NCBI GenBank assembly: GCA_012295275.1
Contig: CM022670.1
Location: 23,746,001 to 23,810,000, forward strand
Origin: Chrysomallon squamiferum
Lineage: Eukaryota > Animalia > Mollusca
Direction of reading: 5' to 3'
Length of the DNA: 64,000 nt
Both the position numbers and the translations under genes were made by a program. Of the stretch, positions 40,346-54,499 are shown in pieces. The notes under the pieces were generated by a model. That model made no database searches, was not told where the DNA came from, and saw only the letters and a program-made list of their open reading frames with translations. The number at the start of each line of letters is the position of its first letter. Within the stretch, counting starts at the first letter, position 1.

Positions 40346-43300
40346 CAATACTTGCTACTAACTGTGTAAAATTCTACGTGGACCCCTGTGGTGATGTGGA
40401 TTACTTCTATAAGTTAGGTGCAACCTTTTCATGGACTCCTGTTTGTTTTCACATCTTTGGTCATTTTTTTTCCATGTTATAACATTTCATACACAGCAGT
40501 AAACATTTATCATCTATTTTCTTTGACTTTTTCTGTGTCACAATAACTTTTGCCTTTTTCGGTTATTTTTTTTTAATTATTATTACATCAGATGGTGGTT
40601 TAAGTTTATTTTTGAATACAAATTTCAATTTTTAACTATATTTTAGTATATTTTAGTATTGGAACATAATGGAATAGTAATCTCTTCACTACCAAGTTTG
40701 GGTATAATCTGTTTAATGGTAACAGTCTGAGCTGAGTAAGTCACAGTTATGTCTGCTATAACAGTTACTAAGTGCATTCAAGATGTTAAATTATTTAATC
40801 AGTTTATAAAATACAGTATTTTGCAATGCATTATTTAAACAAACAAGTCTAAATTTAATTTAACAACAACAACAACAACAAAAACACTTAATATTTTTCT
40901 TCTTCATTCATATGTTTCTAGAATAAAATCATACTAGAATAAAGTAATGTATCTGCAACATAGAAAATTCCCTTACATCATGTAAAATTCTTTTATGTAA
41001 AAACATTCAATATGTACTAAATGTATGCATACCATAAACATGAACTATTATTGTTGGTCTGTCAAAATATTAGATATATCATTAATATGGATAAAAGTAT
41101 TTGGTCTATGATAATGCTTTATTTAATTTTTACATACAGAACTTTTGGTATAGTTCATTGTATAGCACCAAGTCTCCTAACAAATTGGAAAATCAAATTT
41201 TGTGACTGAAAATTTCTTTGATTTTTGGTATTTCTGAAGTATATCGATGTGGATAACAAAGTGCGTGCCCACATACTCAAAGAATATTTATTCAAAAGTT
41301 CTTTGATTTTGTTGTTGTTGTAGTATATCAATATTACCATCGAGGGTAACGGCAGACAGTATACAGTGCGTGCATGTGTCTAGGCTTATTTTCAGTTGCT
41401 GTAATTGGATTTGCTCATTATCATGACAATCTGTCTCTTTTAATCTCTGTCTTTCTCGTGTTGACATTTTGTGAAGACTGTCTTCTTTCTCATTACTGCC
41501 ATAACACAGGATCAGTTCTGACTAATTATTCTTAAGTTTGTCTATCATCCAGTGAAAATTTGTAAACATGCATCGTTCCTGATCAAATAGCCATCACAGT
41601 CGTCTTCCTCTCCTGCAGATATTTGAATCTACCAAACATTTATTCTTTGCCGTATGGATTGAAACAGATCATTATCTTAATATGTCAATAACTCCTCTGC
41701 AGCTCAGATCAGAAAATATGGTCCTGCCAATACGTATTTGTTCAGGCAATCAAAATATTAGTTAAATAATAATGGTAATTTTAGGATAGTTTTCACAGAA
41801 TCCTCTCAACCTTGAAGTTCTCGATTAAAATCGAAATTTTTTTTTTTTTTTTTTCAATTTATTATATTTTGGTATTTACCTATTTGCATTAAGTTCAGAA
41901 GCCTTTGTTTTGGAAACTTCAGAAACCCACAGTGCTTTATTAATATATTTCCCAATGAATATTTTAAGTATGGCATGAAGACAGTTGTGTGTGTTCAGTG
42001 TTGCTCAACGCTTGTGCCGAATGCAACCCTGTGCAGCAGCTCTAGAAAAGTTAATTAAAAACTTGACAATCAATAGCTGCTAGGTATTCTGTGTAGTCAA
42101 GCTTACAGACCATTTCCACCAGTGTTCAGTCAGAACGAAGGGACAGCACTGGGTCAACATTCTCCCGTTTGCTCTCTGTTTTATCACAGGCCAATCAAGC
42201 CGGTGCATGCTATAAATTAATTTGCATTCTATTTGTTGTGGTTTAATTTGAATGATGTGCATGCACATTAGGCTGACTTGCTTATCACTGTAGTTGTTTA
42301 AATAACACATTAAATAAGTAAGATCACAGAACACTGCCTATTGATTGGGATTATCTGTGTGAAGTGGATAATGGAACTCATCTAATGGCAGCCATTAAAT
42401 ATTTTGATCAAGCATTCATGGCAGAAATCATCAGGACATTTACTTTTTGTCCTCCCGTCCATGCCTAACCATAGTCTATCATTAATTTCAGGCAGGAAGC
42501 TTTTAAACACTCAAAACAAAAATTGATGAAGTCTTAAGCGATCATTACATTGTTTTTCAAAATGTTTTGGCTGTAATTGCATGCTAGATGACAAATGGAG
42601 CAAACATTTGAGGTAATGTGTTTCTTTATAAAGAGAAAAAGGAATCAGTCTGGTTTTTAAAAGCTTCTTCACAATCCTGTTTTACTAGAGTTCGATGAGT
42701 TTGTTTTCATTGTCACAGTCTGATCTGTGTGTTTTCGTTCTTACTTTTTATGTAATTCACTGACATACCATTTGCAGGAGACACCAAATGTTTTATAAAC
42801 AAAATGTTCTGAAAAAAATGCAGTTACTAAATAAATATACATAGTTCACTTAATTCAGGTTCAAAAGAACTTAAGAACAAATCAATTTAATTAATTTATA
42901 CTTTTTGTAATTTATTATTACATTGAGTTAAAGTCTCATTATTTTTGTTTTTCAATGATGTTTAATTTTATTAATGCTTGAATTAAATTGTTTATTGTAC
43001 ATAAAATTGTGTTTAATTACTAATCTTACTGGATCAGAAACTGAAGTATAAAAAATAAATAAATAGAATAATGTTATTTTCTATAGTCAAATATAATTTT
43101 TCATACCCTTTCATAATATAATAATTATAAGGTAAATGTTAGTCTATATTAAAATTCTATTTCACTTTACATATAGGTTTGTCCAAAAAATATCCACTTG
43201 TTTTTTTTTTAAATATTAACGTTTTGTATTAGAGAGTTAAATAAGTAAAAATATAATTTAACATCTTTGGTAAACAAGAATGTAGTTCCTCTACTTCTTC

Positions 43301-44041
43301 TTTACCCAATTATATTTACAGTGTACACAAAACTGCTCTAAAACACATCTTAGAATTAATATCTATCAATTTTATCAAAGAGATTTTATAAACCCATTTT
43401 TAACAAAATGTCAAACAGAAAGTTTGCTGTCACTCCACTGTCGTTGGCTAAAGCTAATATTGGTCATGTGACTTAAGACATGGATAGATTACATATTATA
43501 TTAAACAGAATATTTTGTTTAAAAATTAACTCTGTTCATCCTGTTGTTTTTCTTTTCTCTGAATGGTTTTGGTTTAGCATGTGTATCTGAATCAAACTGA
43601 ATGCGCTATATTACGTATTAAACTTGACATATGTAGGTATATCTTCCACAAGATACTTAGATAACTAAAACCTGCGTCCAGATAGTTTTGTGTCAAACTG
43701 AATTCCATGTCTGTTAACTGACAAACAGAAAAATAACATCTGACAAGATTTCATGTTCACTTTTATCACGTATGTGAATTGCATTCTTATTTAAAAGTTT
43801 TAGTTCACTGTAGTTTGGTGTGTTTTCACTTTTATAATGTATTAAACTATCTGATTTTTAAACTGCACAACATAATGATTCATGTTTATTACTGTTAATA
43901 CTAAATATTACTTTGTTAATGTGCAACCAAGGATGGCACCTTTGTTTTGTTGATTTTTTTTATCAATCATTGGGTTTTTCCTTTAAACTTAGCCAAATAC
44001 ACCCACCAAAATAGGTTTTGAGTCACAGTTTACAAACGAAA

Positions 44042-44193
44042 CTGCCATTAACAACAAAATAAAATAAAACTAATGTAATTTAAACTAATGATGCTTATGA
44101 AAAGACATAACACCCTTGTAATATGGACTTTTATGTAAGTGCATGGAAAATTTTAAAAATTTAGAATCATTATTCATTTTGGTTTATTTTCAA
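44042..44193 (+). repeat. diverged local duplication, copy 1
   Basis: ctgccattaacaacaa..taaaataaaactaatgtaatttaa.ctaatgatgct...ataacacc..tgtaa...gacttttatg.aagtg also at 46435. Confidence 0.9.
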
Positions 44194-44924
44194 CCATGAT
44201 GGTGTCATTTTCAGAAATGGTGAATCTGAATTTTTATTACTTTAAAAAAAAAAATTCTGTTCAGAATGTTTTTATTTTCTTCCTTTCTTTCTTTCTTTAT
44301 TTATTTAAATGTAGGCCTTTATTATTTGTTTGTTTTATTGGAATTTAAAAAAAAAAAAAAAAAGTTTTCCCTTTTTGTTATTGGCTTTTGTTTTGCTTTG
44401 CTTTTTTGGTTTTAAACACAAATAATGAATTCAGGTATTTAAAGCAAACTAAAACAAACATAACTTGATATGTAGCCATCATCAGTTTTGTTGATTGGTT
44501 TGGTTTTTACAGTGAAAGCCTGGCTCAGTGTAAACAGATTCCATGTTAGCTTTACCAGATTCAGAAGTGAAGAAGGCAAAATGTTTATTTTGTAATTTTT
44601 TTCTAATCATAACTGTTACACATATGTTAATAAGACTTAAAAAAACAATGTGTTCTCCAGTGTCCAGAAATAGGCTTTCTTTTACTCGTACATTTCAACA
44701 GATGATTTCTTACACAAAGACATAATACATATACACTCAAACATAAACTTACACCTTCACACAAAACCCACACACACATTTGAACACTTACTCATGTTTA
44801 TACTTTCACAGTTTCAAATGGAAGGGATATAGTATTAGCATAAGCAGGACCATGTGTTCAAATCATATTAGAATGTTTTGATATTAGGTAAAATGTATAA
44901 ACTCTGTTCATCTAAAATGGTGAA

Positions 44925-45512
44925 TGAACTTTTCAGCCTAAGATATTCCAGATCAGGACATTTTAGCCAGTACTTTTTTTAAGGAAAGACATTTTGGCCT
45001 GAATGTTTTGTTTTTTTTTTTACTTTTTTTAAATATTCATTATGTCACCCTTGCCAATCAGTCACATACAGACATCATCTCAGAGGATTTTGTTGAGTAT
45101 TCATAAGTTTGTAGCATTCTGTTTCATGATGAAAATGGTGTCCAAACCCAAAAAGATAACCAATAAAGTATACATGGAACTTCATCTCTGACTCCACTTT
45201 CTGTGTGAGAACAGGATGTAAGTCCATTTCTGAATTCTTCAGGATATCAGCCAGAACTTAAAAAGTCTAACACTTAAAACTGCCCATGAGCTTTAGATTG
45301 CTGGTATGTTGGTAAGTTAAAGTATTTAAATATTGTGCAACAAATAAATCATTTTTAAAATGATTCTGATTTTCATATTTTGACTATTATTTCATCAAAA
45401 TAAAAAAATGTTTGTTGATGTGGCCAAAACTTCCTCCTTGGAAAAAATTATTTTGGTAAATTATCCCGGATCAAAAAGTCCTAGGCCAAAACATCTACAG
45501 CCAAAATGTCCA
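44925..45512 (+). mobile_element. non-autonomous Mutator (MULE)-like DNA transposon, decayed
   Basis: Imperfect inverted ends (44925-45000 vs 45421-45512) made of ggacattttggcc / ggccaaaatgtcc sub-repeats; interior gives SIHKFV / KVYMELHL*LHFLCE / GCKSISEFFR, like an animal MULE transposase C-terminus. Confidence 0.55.
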
Positions 45513-46434
45513 ACATTTATCTGAAACACACATTTCAGTTCACCCTTAGAATAATCAATTAGATTATTTTTCAAAATAAACATACATTATTTTATAACGA
45601 GTATAGTTAAAAACTATTATCTTTCACGCTTTCTAAACACAAACATTCAGTGTGATTTCTTTTTCATCAGTTTTTAGTTTGTATGTGTAATTTGAAACAT
45701 ACTGTAAAAAATTTTCTTTATCAGAAAATACATTTAATCTGTTAGTGATATATTTCAGTTAGATGATCATCAGTAATGCAATAAGCAGAACATGTTATTT
45801 CTGGTAAACTTTTCAATTCACAAACTGGCACAGAACTGTAACAGACATCATCACAGTGTTTTTATATTTTCTGGTTTTATGCTTGGTGTGTTACACAAAA
45901 TATTATTCATTAATGAGTGAGTGGTTTCATATGCAGATAAGTGTTCATCTCTTTTTTTTCTTTTCTTTTTTTACATCAACTTATTTTTGTTTTTCTTGTT
46001 GTTTTTTTTTCATTTTAAATGTGCATTTACTACAGTTATGGTGCCTCCCTTTTCTAAAGTTTTGGATCCATCAAAACCTTAAGTTTATTTGTATTTTTAG
46101 ATAGTATATATTTACTATATAAAGAGATACACTATATATTTACTATATAAAGGTACTTGGGTAAAGTGAGTAAAAAATGGTCATGTCTTCTTTGATGTAC
46201 TAAGTTAAAGCTTTTATTTATTTATTTAATTATTTATTTATTTACCCTTAAAAAAAAAATTTCTTTGAAATATTTGGAAGTTACATTAAAATGAAAGAGC
46301 AAAGAAAAATTGTATGATTTAGTTACTATTAACTGTGTTGAACTGTTGTTATTGTTATTAGTAATGTTAAAATTTAACATACAAGTTTAATATGGAAACA
46401 GAAAAATAACAGCATTAAAACTGTTTAAGTAGAC

Positions 46435-46599
46435 CTGCCATTAACAACAATTTAAAATAAAACTAATGTAATTTAACCTAATGATGCTCATCACAGGATA
46501 TAACACCACTGTAACCCTGACTGACATTTCTTGACTTTTATGCAAGTGATTGTAAAATTGAAAAATTTGAAAATCTTTAATGATTTCAGTTTATTTCAA
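46435..46599 (+). repeat. diverged local duplication, copy 2
   Basis: Colinear with 44042-44193, with a small insertion. Confidence 0.9.
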
Positions 46600-49259
46600 G
46601 TACTGTTTTTTAGTCTGAGTAAAAGCAGATAAAATATATTTGTTTTTGAAGTATGTTTTTTAAATATTGAATATTTTTTGGAAAAGGGAAAATTATATAG
46701 AACAATCAATGCAATTATCGCTAAAATCATAAATGTTTAAATCTTTCTGTTTATGTTATTTAATATCTTTTTATAATCTATCTTTGTTTAACATTATTAT
46801 TATTATTTTTTTATTTGGTTCTAAATAAAGAAATTATAATTTTAATAAAACTAAATTTTCAAATAAATAAATAAAATTTAAAAATTTTAAAAGAAATAAA
46901 TAGAAATTTTAAATTTTAAAATTTTTTTTATAGAAATATTAAATTTTAAAAAGAAACAAAAAAGTAAAAAGTCAGTGTGTTTGTTAAAAATTAATAACTG
47001 TAGTTTCAGATTAAAACAGGTTGTAACTGAAAGCAACTGAAGGAAAGTTTTACTTTTCCAGCAAAAAGTTGAGAAAAGAATGGGGAAAAAAATATATACC
47101 TTAATCATTAGTGTTGAAAGAAATTCAATTAGAGTTTATTCTTTTTGAGATTTTCTTCAGTTTTCTTTCTTTGTCTTGTGTTTTTAATATTTTTCTTTTT
47201 CTTACTTAAAACATTTTTTACTTCTTTCTTTTTTCTCTGAAATTATTTTTCCATTATTCTTCTTTTCTTTTTTTTTGGTGGGTTGTTTAAAGTTGTGTTT
47301 ACTATCTTATTCTTTAATAATATAATTTCACTTACATTATTTTTTCAAATTAAAATAATTTAAATTTCATTTTTTTTTCTTCCATTTGCTTGTTTCTTTT
47401 TATTCTTTTTTTTTTTTTTCTTTATTATTTTATTTCTTCTATTTAAGAAAGAAAAATTACTTTTTTTTCTGATTTAAAACTGTAAGTTAATGTATAAAAA
47501 TAAAATAACCTTCTAAACATTGTTTTTCAATGCTATAAAAGCATTTTGATTAAATTCGATGAATTTGATCAAGTCATTTCTATCAAATCCAACTTATATA
47601 AAGAGCCTTACCACAAAATAATATCCTAATTGTTCAATTTAAAATAGGTAATGATTAATGTTATTCTGTACTTGTTTTGCTTAGAAATTGTTTAAGAAAG
47701 CCATTTTTTGACACAGAAATGTTTCTATATTAATATGTTCACTCTGACCATTTTCTTTTTTTATATATTTAACAGTGTACATATTTAATTATATATTTTA
47801 AAGGTAAATCTTAAAGCAAAAATATTTAAAATATATAAAATGAAGTAAATATTTAAAAAAGAAAATTAATCTTGATAAAGATTTAAAATTTAAAAAAGGA
47901 TAAGATTTAAATTCATAAAAATAAAACCAAAAATTTACAGATTTTTAAAAGAAAAACAAATAATAATTTATTATAACAATAAATTAAAAGATTGCAAACT
48001 TCAGTAGGGAAAAATACTATCAATTATTATTTTAGCCTGTTAATTAATGATATTGACTCATAAATTAACAAATATTGGATCACAAATCAGTGACATTGGC
48101 TTGTTATGCAATAAATATTTATTTTCTTCTTCATGGAACTGGATTTATAATTGGCTGTGGTAGCAAAGGAATAAAACTGAAAAACATCTGTTTTGTTTAC
48201 CAATAGCATTCCCAGTTTTACTAACACTATTCCACCTGGGTAAACTGCATCACATATGTAAGTGTTTATTTTTAATGTATTATTTTTTGTCACTCTTATT
48301 TTATCTTTTTTTTTTTTTTTTATCTTTTTTTTTTTTTTTTTCATTATGGTCTGTTTTGTTATTTCTGGATGTGTCACATATTGTAAAATATTATCATCTA
48401 TTTTTTTGTTTTTTAAATTACAACATTTTTAAAATTTTTAAAGTAACAAATTTGTTTATCACTTGATAGAGGTGTAACAATAAATGTATTAATAGTCAAA
48501 TTTAAATTTTATTTCTTTCAAATTCAGTGTACAGTAGATGAGTAATGCTATTTATTTTTGAATAGTTCTTCTTGTCATTTGCTATTTTAAAACTATCTTC
48601 ATTGTACAAGGAAATTGTAAGTTGTATTCATTTAGCAACAATTTTAAAAACTTGAGCAAAAGTGCCTGCCTGGACTGTGTCATTTGCTTACATTTTCAAT
48701 CCAAAAATTTATAAACACATGTTTCTAAGTTGCAGTGTACTTAAGGCAGTATTTTCAGTTTTCACACACACACACACACATCCATCCAAACACACCCACA
48801 CACACACACACACACATGCACACATATACATCAAGACTGCAGACTCAGAAATGACTTTTGAAAATTACGCAGAAACAACTGTTAAAAATCACTGTTTTGG
48901 TGACTACATTTTATTGTTTTAGTTACCAAAGGGTGTTTGTTAACTGTTAAATCAAGGGCTGTGTTGAATGATCCACCACTTTTCTCATGTTAGAAACAAT
49001 TGCCTGTGATTAACAGGGGATGTGCCACTTCATAACAGCTGAAGTGTTTTTATTCCTCTAATTGTTCTAAAATTGGTCTTTTATTATTTTGGGTGGGTGG
49101 AAACAAGCAATCCTTCAGAAGATTTCTTTGTAAACATGTATGCACAATATAAACACTGCAATTTCAGTCATGTTTATGTCATTATAAGAAGATAAACATA
49201 GCATCAGTAAAACATTTGTTTTTTACTATAAATAATGATAATTACTCTTTTAAAACATT

Positions 49260-49367
49260 ACTATACAATAAATAATACAAAATAAGTTTATTGTATTACT
49301 GAAGTTACTGTTAACTATACAATAAATAATACAAAATAAGTTTATTGTATTACTGAAGTTACTGTTA
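49260..49367. repeat. 54-bp perfect tandem duplication
   Basis: actatacaataaataatacaaaataagtttattgtattactgaagttactgtta at 49260 and 49314. Confidence 0.97.
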
Positions 49368-52300
49368 CTAATATTCAGTTATTTTCACACTTTTCACACA
49401 TAAATTGTTGTTGTTGTTATTTATAAATCTATAAATCATTCTTTTTTCTGATAGTCACAATTATGTCATTATCTATTACAATATTTCACCAATTTTACCA
49501 ATTTTAACCCATACAATAAATATATCGTTGTTTTTATTATTATTAAAAAAAAAGGTCTGAACTGTGATTTAGCTAACATTATCATAAAACCAGCATTTTA
49601 GCTGTTTCACACAGAAATGTTTTCATAATGAAAGATGTCACCACATTGTTGTTGATAAAATCAGAGAATAGAGCTGCTGGAATACATATATACACACCTT
49701 CCAATTGCCTCTTTAATGAACTGCCATGTTTGATTTTAAAGATAATCTGGTTTTCTTCATAAAATCACTTGCAGTCTTCCCTCATGATAAATGTTATTTT
49801 TAGTCAACAACAAACTGTTTTTTAAGATAAAGAAAATACGTGAATTTCAGCACATCGGCAGTTGTTAGCCGTTTGTTATTCATATCACTGTCAATCTGCT
49901 TTGAAATGTACTGAATGATATTCATCTCCCTTTGATGTTCTTCAGTCTGAGGTATATTTCTGTCTATGATGCCATATGCATATATATTTTTTTTAATAAT
50001 TTGTAATTAATTTTTTTGGTATATGTATGTGTGTTTGTACGTGAATATGAATTTGCACATATTTGCGTGTGGGTATAAATGTATGTATTGGTATGTCTGT
50101 ATAATTATGTGAATGTTTGTATGTGTTTGTCTTTATGTTTGTGTAATGAAAACTACTAAAATGTTTTGTTTTAACACAGAATGAATGAATATTTAACAGC
50201 ACCCCAGCACAAAAAATATATCAGCTACACAGATAATACTTGTATGTGTTGCATGTTTTAATCAGTTTTCATTACCTGTAATCTGTGTTGCACATTATTA
50301 TCTTTTCTCTATTATTTTAGTTCTTAAAACAACTTTTCTTGGCAATAAATTAAATACTTATTTATTACAAACAATTTTTAAAACAAGTTTAAGTAAAATA
50401 TTAATAATTTCCTTTAGAAAAATAAAAATAAAATTATAATTTAAAATTTATTTTGTCATATTTCCATTTAATTTTCTTTAGAAATAGAAAGAAAACACAC
50501 TAAAAATTTATGTCAGTACACAGACAGTTGTCAACTTACAATCACATTCCATTCTTATGAATCGGTCATTCGACAATTTGGATGTTGTATTTATAGAACC
50601 CATATTATTGTTCGTAAAGTATATAATCATGTTATCTCAAACCTAAGTCATATATATATATACATTCATTTCAGTAATTAGTTTAAATCAAACACAATTT
50701 GCACTTCTATATGCTTGATACTTGCTATAAAAAAAAACAAGAAAATATTTATTGATCACTAATGCTAGGAAGTCAACCAAAGATGTTGCAGTCTTGGGTA
50801 ACTGGGGGGGGGGAGTCGTTTTCTCCAACAAAAAATAATCCTTTCAACAAACTCACACACAACTTGTGGCACACACGAGATGACACAGCAAAGCAAGTCA
50901 AACTGACATGTTTTCAGCATGGGTACAATGGATCTGCTTCCAGTTCACTCGAGATGAATTTTATTTATCTTTTTTGTGCATTGCATTTCTCAGTAGCCAG
51001 GTTCCTGATTATCGCAAAACAGCATGATAACATTTTACCAGAAAACAGAGATGACAGACAGACAGAATGTCTGTGGATTGCTGTAAATACTGTCAATGTT
51101 GTAGTCGTAAAGTCAGATAATCATAAGTTGCATAGCTGTAGGTTGATGAGCTATGTATTTGTTTTGTATTTACATAACTAACAATATTATTAAACATTTA
51201 TTATTTCAGTTTTAAAATACAAAAAAAAAAAAAAAAAAAGCAGTTATAATCTTTTTTATTTTTTGAGTTTCAGTTTGTAATAACTATAAAGTCGAATATC
51301 GTGATTTGAATTTTAAAAAATATAAAAGAAGCAATATTTAAAGGATTCAGATATTATTAATAACAAGAAGCAAAAAAGCCTAACACTTATTATCTAAATG
51401 CAAGTGAGCTCCACTCAATGTTTAATCAAATCTCAGTAGTGCCAGGCTTGTTGCCAAGCTTACAGACTGAAAACATTCTGATGCTTTATGGAGTTTTTCC
51501 CAGCTAAGAATTGGACATTACAATAACATTTCCTCACTTTCCTGCTGTTTTATTGGAGACTGAGGTTCACTTGGATCAGTGCTATTGGTAATCTAAGCAT
51601 TTCGATGTAACTCTTTTCAATGGTCAATGTTTTTGTCTCTGTCACAGTATCCATCAATCTTACAAGGTTTTCTTTTCTTGACAGTCTATTTCCTAATTAG
51701 TGTCATTTTTTCTTCATAGAGAGAAATCAATACATATTTCTTATCGTGTGAATAATTCACTCTAGCGTATACACACACCGCGTGCTGCAGATTCCTAAAA
51801 ACTTGCAACAGTCTCATCGATACAGAAAATCTCTTTCTCTCATCATAAACAGATCTCCTGCACTTCACTGCAGCTTGGTGCTACCCTCTTTATTGCTTTT
51901 CTTGTCCTGGGAATGTTAACTGTTTGTGTGATCAGATCAATGATCAAGCCATGTTGTCAAAATGGGCAGGGTGATGAGTTGAAAACACAACTGGTTCCCA
52001 CTCCACGACAGCATTTGCCTTTTCATTGGTGCATGAAATGTGTGGGATTTGTAACATTTATGATTGGACAGGGACAACCTGTAGTTATCTAGTTATATGT
52101 AGGTATAGCTCTAGTACTTGCTATTTCTGTACACAGATGTCCTTGGATATAATACAGTCAATTCAGGTAGGATCATACAATAATGACATAGGTTTTTCTT
52201 ATTTTGTAAAGTTGATTTACTTACTTTGTTTTGTGTCATGATGTATCATTTTAAAGTGCCTTTCACATATCTTTGTTATTTATGATATACAGATCTTTAA

Positions 52301-54499
52301 AACTGTAAAAGAACATACTTAATGTTTTGACATAGTCATTCATATTTAAAGGATCATAGTAATATACCTGTTTAAATAAAACCACACACAACGTCAAGCA
52401 ATAACTAACACAAGAGAGTAATGTTTATATATAGCTTGTAGTACCTGTATGTATTTATTGATGTGTGCTGTAATGATGGATATATAAAATTATGATACTG
52501 AAAGCTTTGTTTTGTACACGTTTTTAATAAAAAAAAATTTTTTTCTGTTTATGATCTGTAAAGTTAATATTATTTATATTACTTCCTTTAATTGCAAACT
52601 TTAATATTTCTTTTAAATGTAAACTACAATTTTAATTGTAGATTATATTTATTTTAATTGTTGATACAATAAACCTCATGTTTATATTGGTCTCATCAAT
52701 ATTTGGTAATCACCCATCTCAGTTTGAATGAAAAGACTTTTTTTTCTGTAACATTCCAATAACATCTTCAGTAATGTTTCAAAAGTTCTTTTCTGTTGAT
52801 AATAAAGCAGAAAACTTTCAGACTTTCCTAATGTTAAAATTAAAAATAAGTGTTTTATAACGCACTTTTTCTTTTCTTTACTATAATGTGTACAATTTTT
52901 AGTTTTCAAGGTACATTAAATTTATAGAAGAATTTTATAGAGTAGCATCATTAGTACTTCATCCTTTTGCCACCAAGCAGATATTACATTTTGAACAAAA
53001 ATGCTATTCATAGGTAGACCCAGCATAATGCATGTTTTCATACAAGTGAATATCAAAAGCAGGGGACATTGGATACTATGATGTCTAGATAAAATCATTT
53101 TGTTTTTTCTGAAGTTGTGCTATGACATTCATATGTTAATTATCTGGATTATTTTTAAAGTCAGTTATTAAAGCTGATCACACCCAGTTTACTTGAGTGA
53201 ATAACTAATTACATAAATTCCATGATTTTGAAATAATTAAATGTCAGGGAAAATGTTAAACAATATTTTCATATTCATTATATGTGTCAGTGTTTGCACA
53301 TTGTAAATAAATAAGATTTTTTATCTGTTCAGTTAGCATTATAGTAACAAAAAAACAAAAAAAATTGTATTTTTCTATTTAATTTTGAGCTGTCTAGGGT
53401 GAAAATTCTTTATAAATAAGAAATGTTTTATCATTGAAATTATTTCATATTTAACTAATGCAGTACATTGGGCAACATTTTTTGTTTTCAGAATTTTTAA
53501 TATTAGAAATGTTTTTGGAAAAAACAAAAAACAAAAGAGAAATCAAATATATTAATTTAATTGTATTCACTGAGGTTAGAGCATGTAAATTGTATTCATT
53601 TTTAAAATGGAATGGTTTTTATGTGAAAACCTTTCAGCAGCAAACCTTTGACTTTATCAAACTAATCAAACATGAAAAAATATGCTTGTTGAGGGTGCTG
53701 CTAACAAAACATGTTGAAATATCACCATCATATAAGTCATCATAACAGTGTGATGACTGTTAATTCAAATTATTTTTCAACATTAATCTTAAAAGATAAG
53801 AAAAAAATGTAAACATTTTCCTTTGTTCCTTAATTTGATTTGCCAGAAATAAATATCTGTATTCTCTTGTTGATTGAATAATCCTCAAGGCAGATGATGA
53901 GTTTATCCACACAATGTAAAAATGGCTTCAAGTGAGAGAAAAAAAACCCAGCATTATCAAAGATGAAGTAGAGTAGTGATCAACAACAACAGGATTATCA
54001 GCAGACTTAAGCTGACATAATCAGGTTTTTACATGCTTGTAGCATTCTCAGTGCTAATTGTATCTGCACTTTGGTTTAAACAACGCCAGACTTGTCACTG
54101 GATCTGAGACTGAAATGTGAAATATGCTGAAATTCTGGGTGAGCCTGACTTGTTCTGACTGACATGTTAATCAGTGTAGATTTTAGCTTTCTTTTCTCCT
54201 TTTCTCTCTCTGTCTCTACATGGGAAGACATTAGAGATTCTAGGGAAATGGGTTTAATATAATTTTCTTTTTTTTAAAGCACCATCATTTATATATATAT
54301 ATATATAATGTATGTGTAATGATGGTGTTTTAAAAAATAATATAATCATCATCATCATCAAAGTTAAGCACCACCTTTCAAATTCAAATAACAATTGATG
54401 CAATGTTTCATTATGGATAAAACATTTTCTCTGTGAAATGTATTTGTTCAGCTCATGAAATGCTAATGTTGCATGTGTCAACCAACATTATCACAAAAA

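Noticed and set aside
50762-51181. Longest ORF in the track (139 aa)
   Set aside because: No recognisable domain or convincing splice sites; length is attainable by chance.
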